From: an uncultured bacterium
GTDB lineage: Bacteria; Omnitrophota; Omnitrophia; Omnitrophales; Aquincolibacteriaceae
Reading direction: 5' to 3'
Length of the DNA: 64,000 nucleotides
NCBI GenBank assembly: GCA_964385615.1
Contig: CAYLPP010000004.1
Coordinates: forward strand, 108,743-172,742
Part shown: positions 19,433-29,244 of the stretch, piece after piece
Position numbering within the stretch: the first letter of the stretch is position 1
Layout of the letters: every line of letters starts with the position of its first letter
The notes under the pieces: generated by a model
Told to the model about the DNA's origin: nothing
The model's input: only the letters and a program-made list of their open reading frames with translations
Databases searched by the model: none
Position numbers and translations under genes: made by a program

Positions 19433-20849
19433 TACTCTGGCAGGAAAGCTGGACAAGTTCGAGAAGGAGCCGGGCGCGGAGGTTGGGATTTACACCTGCG
19501 GGCCGACGGTGTATGACTACGCCCATATCGGAAATTTCCGGGCGTTTGTGTTTGAAGACCTTTTGCGCCGTTTTCTTGATTACGCGGGATACAAGGTTAA
19601 ACACGTCATGAACCTGACAGACGTGGATGACAAGACCATCGCGGGCGCTCAAAAAGCTGGCCAGAAACTCAATGATTACACCGCCAAATACATTCAGGCC
19701 TTCAATGAAGACTTGGCTACTCTGAACTGCTTGCCGCCGCACAAACAGCCGCGCGCGACTGAAAAGATTAAACAGATGCAGGATATGATCGCGCAATTGA
19801 TCCAGAAGGGGATCGCTTACGAAAACAAAGGCTCGGTTTACTACCGGGTTTCAAAGTTTCCGGGTTACGGCAAGCTTTCCAAGAAAAAGCTGGAAATGAA
19901 TATTACCGGCGCGAGTGAGCGTGTTGAGGCTGACGAATATGAAAGCAAGGAAGAAGCCACCGACTTTGTGCTCTGGAAGGGCGTGAAGGAAGGCGAAGCT
20001 GAAATCGGCGCGGCCTGGGATTCACCCTGGGGCAAGGGAAGACCGGGCTGGCATATTGAGTGTTCGGCCATGAGCGTCGAAGAGTTGGGGGCCCAGTTTG
20101 ATATTCACGCCGGCGGGGAAGATTTGATCTTTCCGCATCATGAGAACGAAATCGCTCAGTCCGAAGGCGCCACCGGCAAAGACCCGTTTGTGAAATACTG
20201 GCTTCACTGCAAGTTTTTATTGGTCGACGGCGCCAAAATGTCAAAATCAAAAGGTAATTTCTACACTCTGCGCGACTTAATTGCTAAAGGCTACGATCCT
20301 ATGGCCATTCGCCTCGCGCTTCTTTCAACACATTACCGAAACACCTTAAATTTTACTGAAACAGGTCTTAAAGAAGCTGGCGATACGGTTAAGAAGTTGG
20401 ATGAGTGCTATTATCAGTGCCTAAGCAGGTATGCCCGGGCAGAATGGATTGGACAGGACAAGGTCGATTTTTTTGAGAAAGATTTGAAGCGAGTGGCCGC
20501 ACACCTTGGAGATGATTTGAGCGTTGCGCCTGCTATGTCAGTTTTACTAAGCAGTGTTGCGGATATTAACGGCTGTATCCCGAGAATGAGTAAGAGAAGT
20601 CTAGAGAGATGCATCCGTTTTTTTGAGAATGTTGATGGCTTGCTGGGGTTTGATATAGCCTCTACAAAGTCTATCGGGAAAGATGTTATGGAAAAAATAG
20701 CCAAGTTGCAGGAATTTAGAAAGCAAAAGAATTTTCAGGAGGCGGACAAATTGAGGTCTGAATTAAAAGCTGAAGGTTGGCAGGTTAAAGATGGAAAGCC
20801 AGGCGAGCCATCAACTGTTAAGAGATTAAGAAGGGCTTGGGATAAATGA
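19416..20849 (+). CDS. cysS: Cysteine--tRNA ligase
   Basis: VGIYTCGPTVYDYAHIGNFR (HIGH) and KMSKS. The start is placed at the internal Met that gives the canonical N-terminus. Confidence 0.9.
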   Translation: MMQFFNTLAGKLDKFEKEPGAEVGIYTCGPTVYDYAHIGNFRAFVFEDLLRRFLDYAGYKVKHVMNLTDVDDKTIAGAQKAGQKLNDYTAKYIQAFNEDLATLNCLPPHKQPRATEKIKQMQDMIAQLIQKGIAYENKGSVYYRVSKFPGYGKLSKKKLEMNITGASERVEADEYESKEEATDFVLWKGVKEGEAEIGAAWDSPWGKGRPGWHIECSAMSVEELGAQFDIHAGGEDLIFPHHENEIAQSEGATGKDPFVKYWLHCKFLLVDGAKMSKSKGNFYTLRDLIAKGYDPMAIRLALLSTHYRNTLNFTETGLKEAGDTVKKLDECYYQCLSRYARAEWIGQDKVDFFEKDLKRVAAHLGDDLSVAPAMSVLLSSVADINGCIPRMSKRSLERCIRFFENVDGLLGFDIASTKSIGKDVMEKIAKLQEFRKQKNFQEADKLRSELKAEGWQVKDGKPGEPSTVKRLRRAWDK

Positions 20850-21460
20850 AAAAAGGAATGTTCATTACATTTGAAGGCGGAGAAGGAAGCGGGAAGAGTA
20901 CGCAGATCAAGCGGGCGGTCGCGTTCATTCAAAGCACCGGCCGCGATGTGGTCGTGCTCCGCGAGCCTGGCGCGACCCGCGTCAGCGAAGCCATCCGCGA
21001 CATCATCCTGAACAAAGAATTCGTGGAAATGGCCCCCAACACCGAACTCCTTCTTTACCTCGCCGCCCGCGCCCAGATCGTGCAGGAAAAAATCCTGCCC
21101 GCGCTTAAAGCCGGCAAAGTTGTAATCTGCGACCGCTTTGAAGATTCCACCTGGGCCTACCAAGGCTACGGCCGGGGAATTTCACTGAAAACCATCGACA
21201 CCGTCAGCGAGCAAATCGTGCGCGGAGATCTTCAGCCGGATCTGACCTTTCTTCTCGATATTGACCCCGTGAAAGGGATGCGCCGGGGCGGAAGGCATGA
21301 CCGGATGGAAAAACAGTCGATGGCGTTTCACCAGAAAGTGCGTCGGGGCTTCCAGGACATCGCGCGCAAAAACCCGCGCCGTTGTGTTATGATTGACGCC
21401 TCGAAACCCCTCGGGGAAGTCACTCAAAAAGTCAAAGAGGTTCTGGAACGTGTATTCTGA
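20846..21460 (+). CDS. tmk: Thymidylate kinase
   Basis: FITFEGGEGSGKSTQ P-loop and the DRF motif. Confidence 0.9.
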   Translation: MKKGMFITFEGGEGSGKSTQIKRAVAFIQSTGRDVVVLREPGATRVSEAIRDIILNKEFVEMAPNTELLLYLAARAQIVQEKILPALKAGKVVICDRFEDSTWAYQGYGRGISLKTIDTVSEQIVRGDLQPDLTFLLDIDPVKGMRRGGRHDRMEKQSMAFHQKVRRGFQDIARKNPRRCVMIDASKPLGEVTQKVKEVLERVF

Positions 21461-22253
21461 AGCGCTTGAAACACAGGATTTTGCCGTCCGTCTTTTAAGA
21501 GCCCATCTGCAGAATGGCAATCTGGCTCATTCCTATATGCTGACCGGCCAGAATTCGCCCAAAACGGAGCTGGCCCGGGCGTTTGCCGCAGGGTTGAATT
21601 GCGAAAAACAGCGGTATTTTCAGGAATGCGACTGCAATCCCTGCCATAAGTTTGAGACCGAAAACCACCCGGATATTCACATTTATGGTGAAGATTTAAA
21701 AGTAAAGTCGATTAAAATTGACGAAGTCCGCAATATGATCGAACAGGCCGGGTTCAAACCCTACGAAGGTAAATGGAAAGTCTTTATTCTTCTGCAGGCC
21801 GGCCGGCTGACTCCGGACGCTTCCAATGCTCTGCTTAAAACCCTTGAAGAACCGCCCGCTCACACACTCTTTATTTTGACAGCTGAAAGCAAAATGCAGT
21901 TTCTGGAAACGATTCAGTCACGCTGTTTCGAAATCCGTATGCGCCCCGGCGCGGCCGCGCTGAGCGAAATCAGCGCGCTGACGATTGCCGACAAAAAGTG
22001 GGAAGACTTTTTTGAAGAGCAGAGCGCCGGGCATAAAGAAGAAATCAAAACCACGATTGACGGTCTGATGGCTTTTCTTCGCCGTCAGCTCGCGGAATCT
22101 CCCGCGCCTGACGCGGACGCGCGCCGTCTCAAGGCGATCGACTATCTCATTGAAACTAAAGACGCGCTGGACGCCAACGTCAACGCCAAGCTGGCCATGA
22201 CCCGTTTGGCCGTGCACTTCCGGCGGTTGAATCCTGAAAAGGCCGGGGTATGA
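21393..22253 (+). CDS. holB: DNA polymerase III delta-prime subunit (start uncertain; it overlaps the tmk 3' end)
   Basis: AAA+-like clamp-loader fold: HSYMLTGQ (degenerate P-loop), a CxxC zinc module (CDCNPCH) and a sensor region. Position directly after tmk is the conserved arrangement. Confidence 0.7.
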   Translation: MTPRNPSGKSLKKSKRFWNVYSEALETQDFAVRLLRAHLQNGNLAHSYMLTGQNSPKTELARAFAAGLNCEKQRYFQECDCNPCHKFETENHPDIHIYGEDLKVKSIKIDEVRNMIEQAGFKPYEGKWKVFILLQAGRLTPDASNALLKTLEEPPAHTLFILTAESKMQFLETIQSRCFEIRMRPGAAALSEISALTIADKKWEDFFEEQSAGHKEEIKTTIDGLMAFLRRQLAESPAPDADARRLKAIDYLIETKDALDANVNAKLAMTRLAVHFRRLNPEKAGV

Positions 22254-23794
22254 GCTCAAAACCTTTTTACCTGACGACCCCTCTTTATTACGTGAACGCC
22301 AGCCCGCATATCGGCCACGCTTACACCAACATTTTGTGCGACGCTTTTTCCCGCTGGCACCGCTTTCGGGGCGAAGAAGTTTTCTTTTTGACAGGTACGG
22401 ATGAGCACGGCACCAAGATTGAGAAGGTTGCCAAAGCCGCCGGCAAAGAACCCCGTGAGTTTGTGGATGAAATCGTTCCGACCTTTAAAGCGCTGTGGGC
22501 TCTTCTCAATATTGAATACGACGGTTTTATCCGCACCACGGATGAAGAGCATAAAAAAGCGGTGGGTGAAATCCTTAAAGACTTGGAGAAAAAAGGGGAT
22601 ATTTACAAAGCCGGTTATAAGGGTTGGTACTGCACGCCTTGCGAATCGTTTTGGACGGATCTTCAGCTGAAGGAAGGCAAATGCCCCGACTGCGGACGGG
22701 AAGTGCAGGAACTTCAGGAAGAAAATTATTTCTTCAAACTTTCCAAGTATCAGGACTGGCTGATTGAATACATTGAGAAGAACCCCGGCTTTATTCAGCC
22801 CGACTACCGTAAGAATGAAATCCTCGGGTTTTTGCGCCAGCCTCTGGAAGACCTTTCCATCACCCGCCCGCGTACGCGCCTGACGTGGGGGATTGATTAC
22901 CCGAATTCCGCCGATCATGTGGTTTATGTCTGGTTCGACGCGCTGATTAATTATGTCAGCATTACTTATTACCCGGAGGTTCAGAAAAAATTCCCCAAGT
23001 TGTGGCCGGCCGATCTTCATCTGGTGGGTAAGGATATCTTGCGTCAGCACGCCGTTTACTGGCCTATCATGCTTAAGGCCTGCGGTTTGGAAATGCCCAA
23101 GACCGTGTTTGCTCACGGCTGGTGGACAATGTCCGGCGCGAAAGTTTCCAAATCGCGCGGAAACGCCGTCGATCCTGTGGAGCTTTGCCGGAAATACACG
23201 GTGGACGCGCTCCGTTACTTTCTTTTAAGAGAAGTCACTTTGGGGTTGGACGGCGCTTTTTCCGAAGACCTGCTCGCGGAACGCTACACGACGGATTTGG
23301 CCAACGATTTAGGGAATTTATTTTTCCGTGTGGCTTCGATGATCGATAAATACTTCGGGAAAGTTATTCCGGAGTTTCATGAAAAAGATCTGAAACTTTC
23401 AGAGATGGCGGAAACTTTTAAAGCCGTTGACGATGCCATGCTGGCCTGTGATCCCCGCGGAGCGCTTTCGGCGATTTGGGCGGTCGTCAAAAAGGCGAAT
23501 CTTTATATTGAGGAGAAAAAACCCTGGTCGATGGCCAAGGATCCGGCGCGTAAAGCGGAACTGGCCTCCGATATGGCTTTTCTGGCTGACCGGCTGGCGC
23601 ATATCGCCGTGCTTTTACTTTCCTTTCTCCCGGTTACGGCTCAAAAAATGCTGACCTGCCTTCAGCTTCCCGCGAAGTGGCAGGTCAAATCGCCTGATTT
23701 GTTCGCTCAGCCTCTTGTGAGGTCTGGGACTATTATTGAAAAAGGCGAGGCGCTCTTCCCGCGGCTGGAAGAAACGCCTGAAAAAGCAAAATAA
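22250..23794 (+). CDS. metG: Methionine--tRNA ligase (short form lacking the C-terminal dimerisation domain)
   Basis: YVNASPHIGHAYT (HIGH), a CxxC..CxxC zinc knuckle and KVSKSRGN (KMSKS). Confidence 0.9.
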   Translation: MSSKPFYLTTPLYYVNASPHIGHAYTNILCDAFSRWHRFRGEEVFFLTGTDEHGTKIEKVAKAAGKEPREFVDEIVPTFKALWALLNIEYDGFIRTTDEEHKKAVGEILKDLEKKGDIYKAGYKGWYCTPCESFWTDLQLKEGKCPDCGREVQELQEENYFFKLSKYQDWLIEYIEKNPGFIQPDYRKNEILGFLRQPLEDLSITRPRTRLTWGIDYPNSADHVVYVWFDALINYVSITYYPEVQKKFPKLWPADLHLVGKDILRQHAVYWPIMLKACGLEMPKTVFAHGWWTMSGAKVSKSRGNAVDPVELCRKYTVDALRYFLLREVTLGLDGAFSEDLLAERYTTDLANDLGNLFFRVASMIDKYFGKVIPEFHEKDLKLSEMAETFKAVDDAMLACDPRGALSAIWAVVKKANLYIEEKKPWSMAKDPARKAELASDMAFLADRLAHIAVLLLSFLPVTAQKMLTCLQLPAKWQVKSPDLFAQPLVRSGTIIEKGEALFPRLEETPEKAK

Positions 23795-24558
23795 TGGGAT
23801 TTGTCGACACCCACGCTCACCTGCATTACCCTGATTTCGATACGGACCGGGAGGAGAGTTTTAAACGCCTCCGTGAAGCCGGGTTCGAATTCTTCCTGAA
23901 TGTCGGCACCGATGTCGCGAGTTCAAAAATCTCTCTCGAGCTGGCTCAGAAGCATGAGTTTATTTATGCGGCGGCGGGCATTCACCCCAATGATACGGCT
24001 AATGCCGGCCCGGAAGATGTTCAGCAGATTCTGGAGCTCTTGAAGCACCCCCGCGTGGTCGCGATCGGTGAGATCGGCCTGGATTATTACCGCGAACATT
24101 CACCCAAAGAAAAACAGAAACAGATTCTTGGCGCGTTTCTGGATTTTTATCAGATTTTAAACAAACCTCTTGTGATTCACTGCCGTGACGCTTATGACGA
24201 TCTGGCCCTTCTCCTTCAGTCGCGGGGAAAGAGCTGGAAGGGGGTCATGCACTGTTTTTCATCGAATACGGAACATATGAAGAAATTTCTCCACCTCGGC
24301 TTCCATATTTCTTTTGCCGGCCCGCTGACTTACAAAAAAAATGACGAACTTCGAGAAGCCTGCAAGGCCTGCCCTTTGGACCGGCTCTTGCTGGAAACCG
24401 ACGCGCCGTTCCTGCCTCCTCAATCCATGAGGGGGAAGCGCAATGAACCTATTTACATGATTGAAACCGCCCGCACGGCCGCGGAAGTGCACGGCCTAAG
24501 CCTGGAGGAAATCGGCACCCGCACGACGGCCAACGCGCGCCGGCTTTTTTTATGCTGA
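23794..24558 (+). CDS. tatD: TatD-family metal-dependent deoxyribonuclease
   Basis: VDTHAHL N-terminus and TIM-barrel hydrolase motifs (HCRDA, ETDAPF). metG followed by tatD is a conserved gene order. Confidence 0.85.
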   Translation: MGFVDTHAHLHYPDFDTDREESFKRLREAGFEFFLNVGTDVASSKISLELAQKHEFIYAAAGIHPNDTANAGPEDVQQILELLKHPRVVAIGEIGLDYYREHSPKEKQKQILGAFLDFYQILNKPLVIHCRDAYDDLALLLQSRGKSWKGVMHCFSSNTEHMKKFLHLGFHISFAGPLTYKKNDELREACKACPLDRLLLETDAPFLPPQSMRGKRNEPIYMIETARTAAEVHGLSLEEIGTRTTANARRLFLC

Positions 24559-25637
24559 GATCCGCGATCGAATTTTTTAAAAAAGAAAAAAAATACGCTT
24601 TTCTTTCCGTTCTGGTTGCCGGTCTTCTGATTTACGCCGTGATGGTTCCCTCCACCCGCCGGCAGGAAATGGCGAATTCTCCCGCGATTCAAAAATTTAA
24701 AGCGGATGAGCAGAAACTCCAGGAGCAGGTTAAGGAAAAAGGCGCTCTTCAGGATTATCTCCAGGGCCACCCTGAAATTGCCCGGCAGGTTTCAGCTTTG
24801 TCTTTCGCGTTTTTTCTGATGTTTATCTACGGTCTGGTGCTGGATGGGCGGTTTTTTTTAAATAAAGAGTGGCGGGAAAATCTGCAGGTTCCTCAACCTC
24901 TTTTTGAAACGACCCCGTGGCGTCTTTCGATGATTTATAAAGTCGCTATTTTGTTTATTGTCCTCAGCTTCGGAACAGGGTTTATATTTTCCGGCTTAAA
25001 GTTTTTGAGCGGAAACAGTACGGACGGACTGAATTTTTATCTGCTCCTTCACACGACTCTGATGGATGTTCTCTGCTTTCTGCTGGTTAAGAAAGTCATC
25101 ACGGACGCGGGCGGGAACTGGCGGGAAATGGGCTTCCGGCTTCCTGAAGGCAAGCCTCTGAAGGAGATTTTCTTCGCGTGGGGAGCCTATGCCGCGGTCA
25201 TCCCTATCTTCGCCGTGATCCTCATGGCGCTGATCGGGATTGCCCATATGATTCATTATGAACCGCCTCCGCATCCGCTGGTTAACGTGTTTTTGGAAGA
25301 GGAACAGCGCGGGAAACCGCTGATCGTTTATTCAATTCTTCTGGCGACTGTGATTGGGCCGATTTTTGAAGAGATTTTCTTCCGCGGGTTTTGTTATAAA
25401 ATTTTAAAGCACCGATTTGGGGTCAAAACCGCCATGATCAGCAGTTCCGCGTTTTTCGCTCTGATCCATGAAAATAGTTTCGCTTTCTGGCCGATTTTCG
25501 TGCTGGGCATGATTCTCTGCTATATTTACGAAAAACGCCAGTCTCTGCTGGCTCCGATGGTTCTGCATGTGACGCATAATCTGATTTTCATCTACTACTT
25601 CTTCCTGGCTAAAGATATCGTCAAACTGGTGGGATGA
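24552..25637 (+). CDS. CPBP-family (CAAX/Abi) intramembrane metalloprotease
   Basis: Multi-TM protein with the EExxxR motif (FEEIFFRGF) and a second His motif (FFALIHE) characteristic of the CPBP family. Confidence 0.7.
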   Translation: MLRSAIEFFKKEKKYAFLSVLVAGLLIYAVMVPSTRRQEMANSPAIQKFKADEQKLQEQVKEKGALQDYLQGHPEIARQVSALSFAFFLMFIYGLVLDGRFFLNKEWRENLQVPQPLFETTPWRLSMIYKVAILFIVLSFGTGFIFSGLKFLSGNSTDGLNFYLLLHTTLMDVLCFLLVKKVITDAGGNWREMGFRLPEGKPLKEIFFAWGAYAAVIPIFAVILMALIGIAHMIHYEPPPHPLVNVFLEEEQRGKPLIVYSILLATVIGPIFEEIFFRGFCYKILKHRFGVKTAMISSSAFFALIHENSFAFWPIFVLGMILCYIYEKRQSLLAPMVLHVTHNLIFIYYFFLAKDIVKLVG

Positions 25638-26242
25638 TGCAGACGCTGATCTGGATCACAATTATTCTGTTCTCGATTATGATTCACGAGGTTTCTCACG
25701 GTGCCGTAGCCTGGGCTCTGGGGGACCGCACCGCGCGCGATCAGGGCCGTCTGACGCTCAATCCTTTAAAGCATATCGATTTTTTCTGGACGCTGGCGCT
25801 TCCCGCCGCGCTTTATTTCACGACTGGCGGGCGTTTCGTTTTTGGAATGGCTAAGCCGGTTCCGGTCAATTTCAGCCGCCTCCATCATTTCCGCCGTGAC
25901 AGCGTGCTGGTTGCCCTGGCGGGGCCGTTTTCAAATATCATTCTTGCGTTTCTCCTGGGGCGAGTCTGGAGCCATTATGGTTTTGTGACCGCGCTTTACG
26001 CGGCTTATTTGAATTTGGGTCTGGCCATGTTTAATCTGATTCCGGTTCCGCCGTTGGATGGTTCGCGGGTTTTAACCGCGTTTCTCCCGGCTAAATGGTA
26101 TCCCGTTTTCTTCAACTTTGAAAAATTCGGAATTCTGGTGATTATCCTTCTTTATTCCACCGGGATTCTTTTAAAAGTGGTGCTTCCCGCCGTTCAGTAC
26201 CTGGGGCTTCATCTCGGTCTGCCGGCCTTAACCTTGGAGTAA
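25634..26242 (+). CDS. Site-2 protease (M50) family membrane protein
   Basis: HEVSHG (HExxH in TM1) plus the downstream LDG motif (PPLDGSRV). Confidence 0.7.
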   Translation: MMQTLIWITIILFSIMIHEVSHGAVAWALGDRTARDQGRLTLNPLKHIDFFWTLALPAALYFTTGGRFVFGMAKPVPVNFSRLHHFRRDSVLVALAGPFSNIILAFLLGRVWSHYGFVTALYAAYLNLGLAMFNLIPVPPLDGSRVLTAFLPAKWYPVFFNFEKFGILVIILLYSTGILLKVVLPAVQYLGLHLGLPALTLE

Positions 26243-26245
26243 TTC

Positions 26246-27277
26246 ATGCCTTTTCCTCCGATTCGATTCAAAAATCCCAATCTTCAGCTTCTGGATCAGC
26301 GTCTTCTGCCTGAAAAAGAAACCTGGGTGACCTGCCGGAATTCCAGGCAAGTTTTTGACGCGATCCGAACCATGATTGTCCGCGGGGCGCCGGCGATCGG
26401 CATTACCGGCGGTTACGGCCTTTATCTGGGAATCCGGGATTTTAAGGGGGAGCCGAAAGCTTTTTTCAAGAAACTGGAGAAGGAAGCGGAATATTTAAAA
26501 ACCGCGCGTCCTACGGCGGTGAATCTCGCGCACATCATTGACAGGATTGTGGAATCGGTTTGGAAGTCTCAGGACAAGCGCACTGAAGTTTTGAAAAAGA
26601 AAGTCCTGAGTGAAGCCGTTAGCGCGCATCGCGAGGATGACCGCCTGTGCCGGAGCATGGGAAAGCACGGAGCCAAACTCCTGAAAAACGGCGCGCGGGT
26701 GCTGACGCACTGCAACGCGGGCGGGCTTGCCACGACGGGCTATGGGACCGCGCTGGGCGTTTTCTACGCGGCCAAGGAAGCGGGAAAGAAAATCAGCGTT
26801 TACGCGGATGAAACCCGGCCTTTGCTTCAGGGCGCCCGGCTGACGGCCTGGGAACTTCATAAAAGCAAAATTCCCGTGACGCTTCTCTGTGACAACATGG
26901 CGGCTTCGGTCATGGCGCAGGGCAAAATCGACTGTGTGGTTGTGGGCGCGGACCGTATTGCCGGCAATGGCGACACGGCCAATAAAATCGGCACTTATAA
27001 CGTCGCTCTTTTGGCCAAAGCCCACGGCATTCCGTTTTATATCGCGGCTCCCCGCACAACCTTCGATTTCAATATTCCGACCGGCAAACAAATTCCAATT
27101 GAAAACCGGAAAGACGAAGAAGTAACGGAGGGATTTGGTAAGCGCACGGCTCCCCGAGGCATTCAAGTCCTGAATCCCGCTTTTGACGTAACCCCCGCGA
27201 AACTGATTAAGGGGTTCATCACAGAGGCCGGCGTTTTGAAACCGCCTTTCCCGAAGGCCTTCCGCTTATCCAAATGA
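26246..27277 (+). CDS. mtnA: S-methyl-5-thioribose-1-phosphate isomerase (eIF-2B alpha/beta/delta-like family)
   Basis: The GAPAIGITGGYG and VVVGADRIAGNGD motifs are typical of the MtnA/e2B family. Confidence 0.7.
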   Translation: MPFPPIRFKNPNLQLLDQRLLPEKETWVTCRNSRQVFDAIRTMIVRGAPAIGITGGYGLYLGIRDFKGEPKAFFKKLEKEAEYLKTARPTAVNLAHIIDRIVESVWKSQDKRTEVLKKKVLSEAVSAHREDDRLCRSMGKHGAKLLKNGARVLTHCNAGGLATTGYGTALGVFYAAKEAGKKISVYADETRPLLQGARLTAWELHKSKIPVTLLCDNMAASVMAQGKIDCVVVGADRIAGNGDTANKIGTYNVALLAKAHGIPFYIAAPRTTFDFNIPTGKQIPIENRKDEEVTEGFGKRTAPRGIQVLNPAFDVTPAKLIKGFITEAGVLKPPFPKAFRLSK

Positions 27278-28200
27278 AATCAGAATTCGAACTGATTGAA
27301 ATTCTTAAAAAGAAAATTCCCAGAAACCTTCAGGGTGTGATCGGGATCGGGGATGACACCGGTGTTTTTGGTGTTTCTAAAGGAAATCTTTTAGTTACAA
27401 CGGACGCGGTGGTGGACGAGGTTGATTTCTTTTCAAAAAAAATCAAGCCGGAGATGGCGGGGCGCAAAGCGCTCGCTATCAACCTGAGTGATATCGCGGC
27501 CATGGGCGGAACGCCGCTGGCTTTTGTGATCACGCTGGGAGTTCCGATGAATTTTTCGGAGAAATGGCTGGAGCGTTTTTACTCCGGGATGATGAAGCTT
27601 GCCCGCAGACATAAGGTTTTATGTGTGGGCGGGGACATGACCGGCGCACAGCAATTTTTTGCTTCTATTACTTTGATAGGCAAGGCAGGCCGGCGGACGG
27701 TGACGCGCGGAGGCGCTCGGAAAGGCGACTGGGTTGGCGTTACGGGCGATTTGGGCGGTTCGATTATTGCACACCATTTTTCATTTGAACCCCGTCTGAA
27801 AGAAGGCCGTTTTTTGGCAGATGCCGGGGTGACGGCCATGATGGATATTTCTGACGGTCTCGGGCAGGATTTGGGCCATCTTCTCAAGGCTTCCGGGCTG
27901 GGTGTCCGGCTGAAGGCCCGGGAGATTCCGCTGTCTAAAGACGCGTTTCTTCAATCGTCAAAAGACGGGATCGCGCCTCTTCAGCACGCGTTTTCGGATG
28001 GTGAGGATTTTGAACTTCTTTTTACGGTGCCGTCTTCCAAAAAAGACAGGCTTGAATTAAAATGGCGGAAGCTTTTCCCGAAAGTCCGGCTTTCATGGAT
28101 CGGCCGTATGATTCCGGGAAAAGGAAAAATAACCTGGGAGAAGATCGCCAGACAGCTGGAAGCGCCTCCTCTGAAACGAAAAGGGTTCACTCATTTTTAA
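27274..28200 (+). CDS. thiL: Thiamine-monophosphate kinase
   Basis: AIR-synthase-related fold: GDDTGV, DISDGL and a PurM-like C-terminal domain. Confidence 0.8.
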   Translation: MKSEFELIEILKKKIPRNLQGVIGIGDDTGVFGVSKGNLLVTTDAVVDEVDFFSKKIKPEMAGRKALAINLSDIAAMGGTPLAFVITLGVPMNFSEKWLERFYSGMMKLARRHKVLCVGGDMTGAQQFFASITLIGKAGRRTVTRGGARKGDWVGVTGDLGGSIIAHHFSFEPRLKEGRFLADAGVTAMMDISDGLGQDLGHLLKASGLGVRLKAREIPLSKDAFLQSSKDGIAPLQHAFSDGEDFELLFTVPSSKKDRLELKWRKLFPKVRLSWIGRMIPGKGKITWEKIARQLEAPPLKRKGFTHF

Positions 28201-28619
28201 TGGAAAAGATAAGCCGTTCACCTGAAGAAACCATTGCCGCCGCCCGTGACTTTTCTAAAAAGATCAAGCCGGGGACCGTGGTCGCCCTTTCCGGGGATTT
28301 AGGCAGCGGAAAAACGACCTTCATTAAGGGGCTCGCGCTGGGCTTCGGCATGAAAGACGGGGCCAAGATCACCAGTCCGACTTTCGCGCTCATGCATATC
28401 TACCCCTCAAAGCCGAAAGTTTACCATTTCGACCTTTACCGGCTGGACAGCGTGAAGGAAGTCGCGGATATGGGGTTTGAAGAGTATATCAGCGAACCGG
28501 ATGTGGTCAGCTGTGTGGAATGGGCGGAAAAGGCCGGGGAGCTGATACCCAAAGACGCGGTGAAAATTAACTTCACGGTCCTCAGCTCAAATGAGCGCAA
28601 GATTCAGTTTGGAAAATAA
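28200..28619 (+). CDS. tsaE: tRNA threonylcarbamoyladenosine biosynthesis ATPase TsaE
   Basis: ALSGDLGSGKTTFIKGLA P-loop, ..SPTFAL.. and ~140 aa length. The start overlaps the thiL stop (TAATG). Confidence 0.8.
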   Translation: MEKISRSPEETIAAARDFSKKIKPGTVVALSGDLGSGKTTFIKGLALGFGMKDGAKITSPTFALMHIYPSKPKVYHFDLYRLDSVKEVADMGFEEYISEPDVVSCVEWAEKAGELIPKDAVKINFTVLSSNERKIQFGK

Positions 28620-28700
28620 AAAATTTGGCGGGTGGCGCGGTGACAGGGTTCCCGGACGCCCGCAGACTTTGAGTTCGTCGAGGACGGACGGGATGGCGCC

Positions 28701-29219
28701 GTGACAGGCCCTGCCAAATTTTTATTTAGGTTAAGCGCTTTAGTTTTTTGTTTTCTCTTTCTATTCCAAGCTTCTATTTTCGCGGAAAAAGTCCGGTATG
28801 TCATTGACGGCGACACCTTTATCCTCCAGAACAACCAGCGCGTGCGCATGATCGGCATTAACGCCCCCGAAATCAGCCACCGGAAATACGGCAAGAAAAA
28901 AGGCCAGCCGTTCGGACGTGAGGCCCGCGCGCGTTTGAAGGAGCTGATCGAAAAGAAAGACGTTACGCTTAAAAACGGAGGGGAAGATGAGTTTGACCGC
29001 TACGGGCGCAGGCTTTCCTACGTTTATCTTCCCGACGGAACCTTCGTGAATCTGCGCATGGTGGAAGACGGATACGCGGAGGCTTACCGCAAATTTCCTT
29101 TTGAATACAAAGATCAATTTATCGAAATGGAAAGCCGGGCCAAAGCGGCGGGCCGGGGAATGTGGTCCAACCGCCAGCCGGGCTGGTTTGAGAGTCTGAA
29201 AGAATTTTTGAATTCCTGA
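28701..29219 (+). CDS. Secreted staphylococcal-nuclease-like (SNase/thermonuclease) protein
   Basis: A signal-peptide-like N-terminus followed by SNase-type motifs (VIDGDTF.., ..DRYGR..). Confidence 0.7.
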   Translation: MTGPAKFLFRLSALVFCFLFLFQASIFAEKVRYVIDGDTFILQNNQRVRMIGINAPEISHRKYGKKKGQPFGREARARLKELIEKKDVTLKNGGEDEFDRYGRRLSYVYLPDGTFVNLRMVEDGYAEAYRKFPFEYKDQFIEMESRAKAAGRGMWSNRQPGWFESLKEFLNS

Positions 29220-29244
29220 ATCCCTCCTTTGATACAATAGACGC

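Noticed and set aside
21393-21460. A 68-nt overlap between tmk and holB, considered as a possible frameshift or pseudogene.
   Set aside because: The overlap is more likely a holB start-codon choice issue (a later GTG/ATG start). Both reading frames are intact and the products are full length.
28620-28700. A possible tRNA or small RNA gene in the 81-nt spacer after tsaE.
   Set aside because: There is no GTTCGANTCC-type T-loop, no D-loop consensus and no acceptor-stem complementarity. The region is better explained as an inverted-repeat or terminator-like structure.
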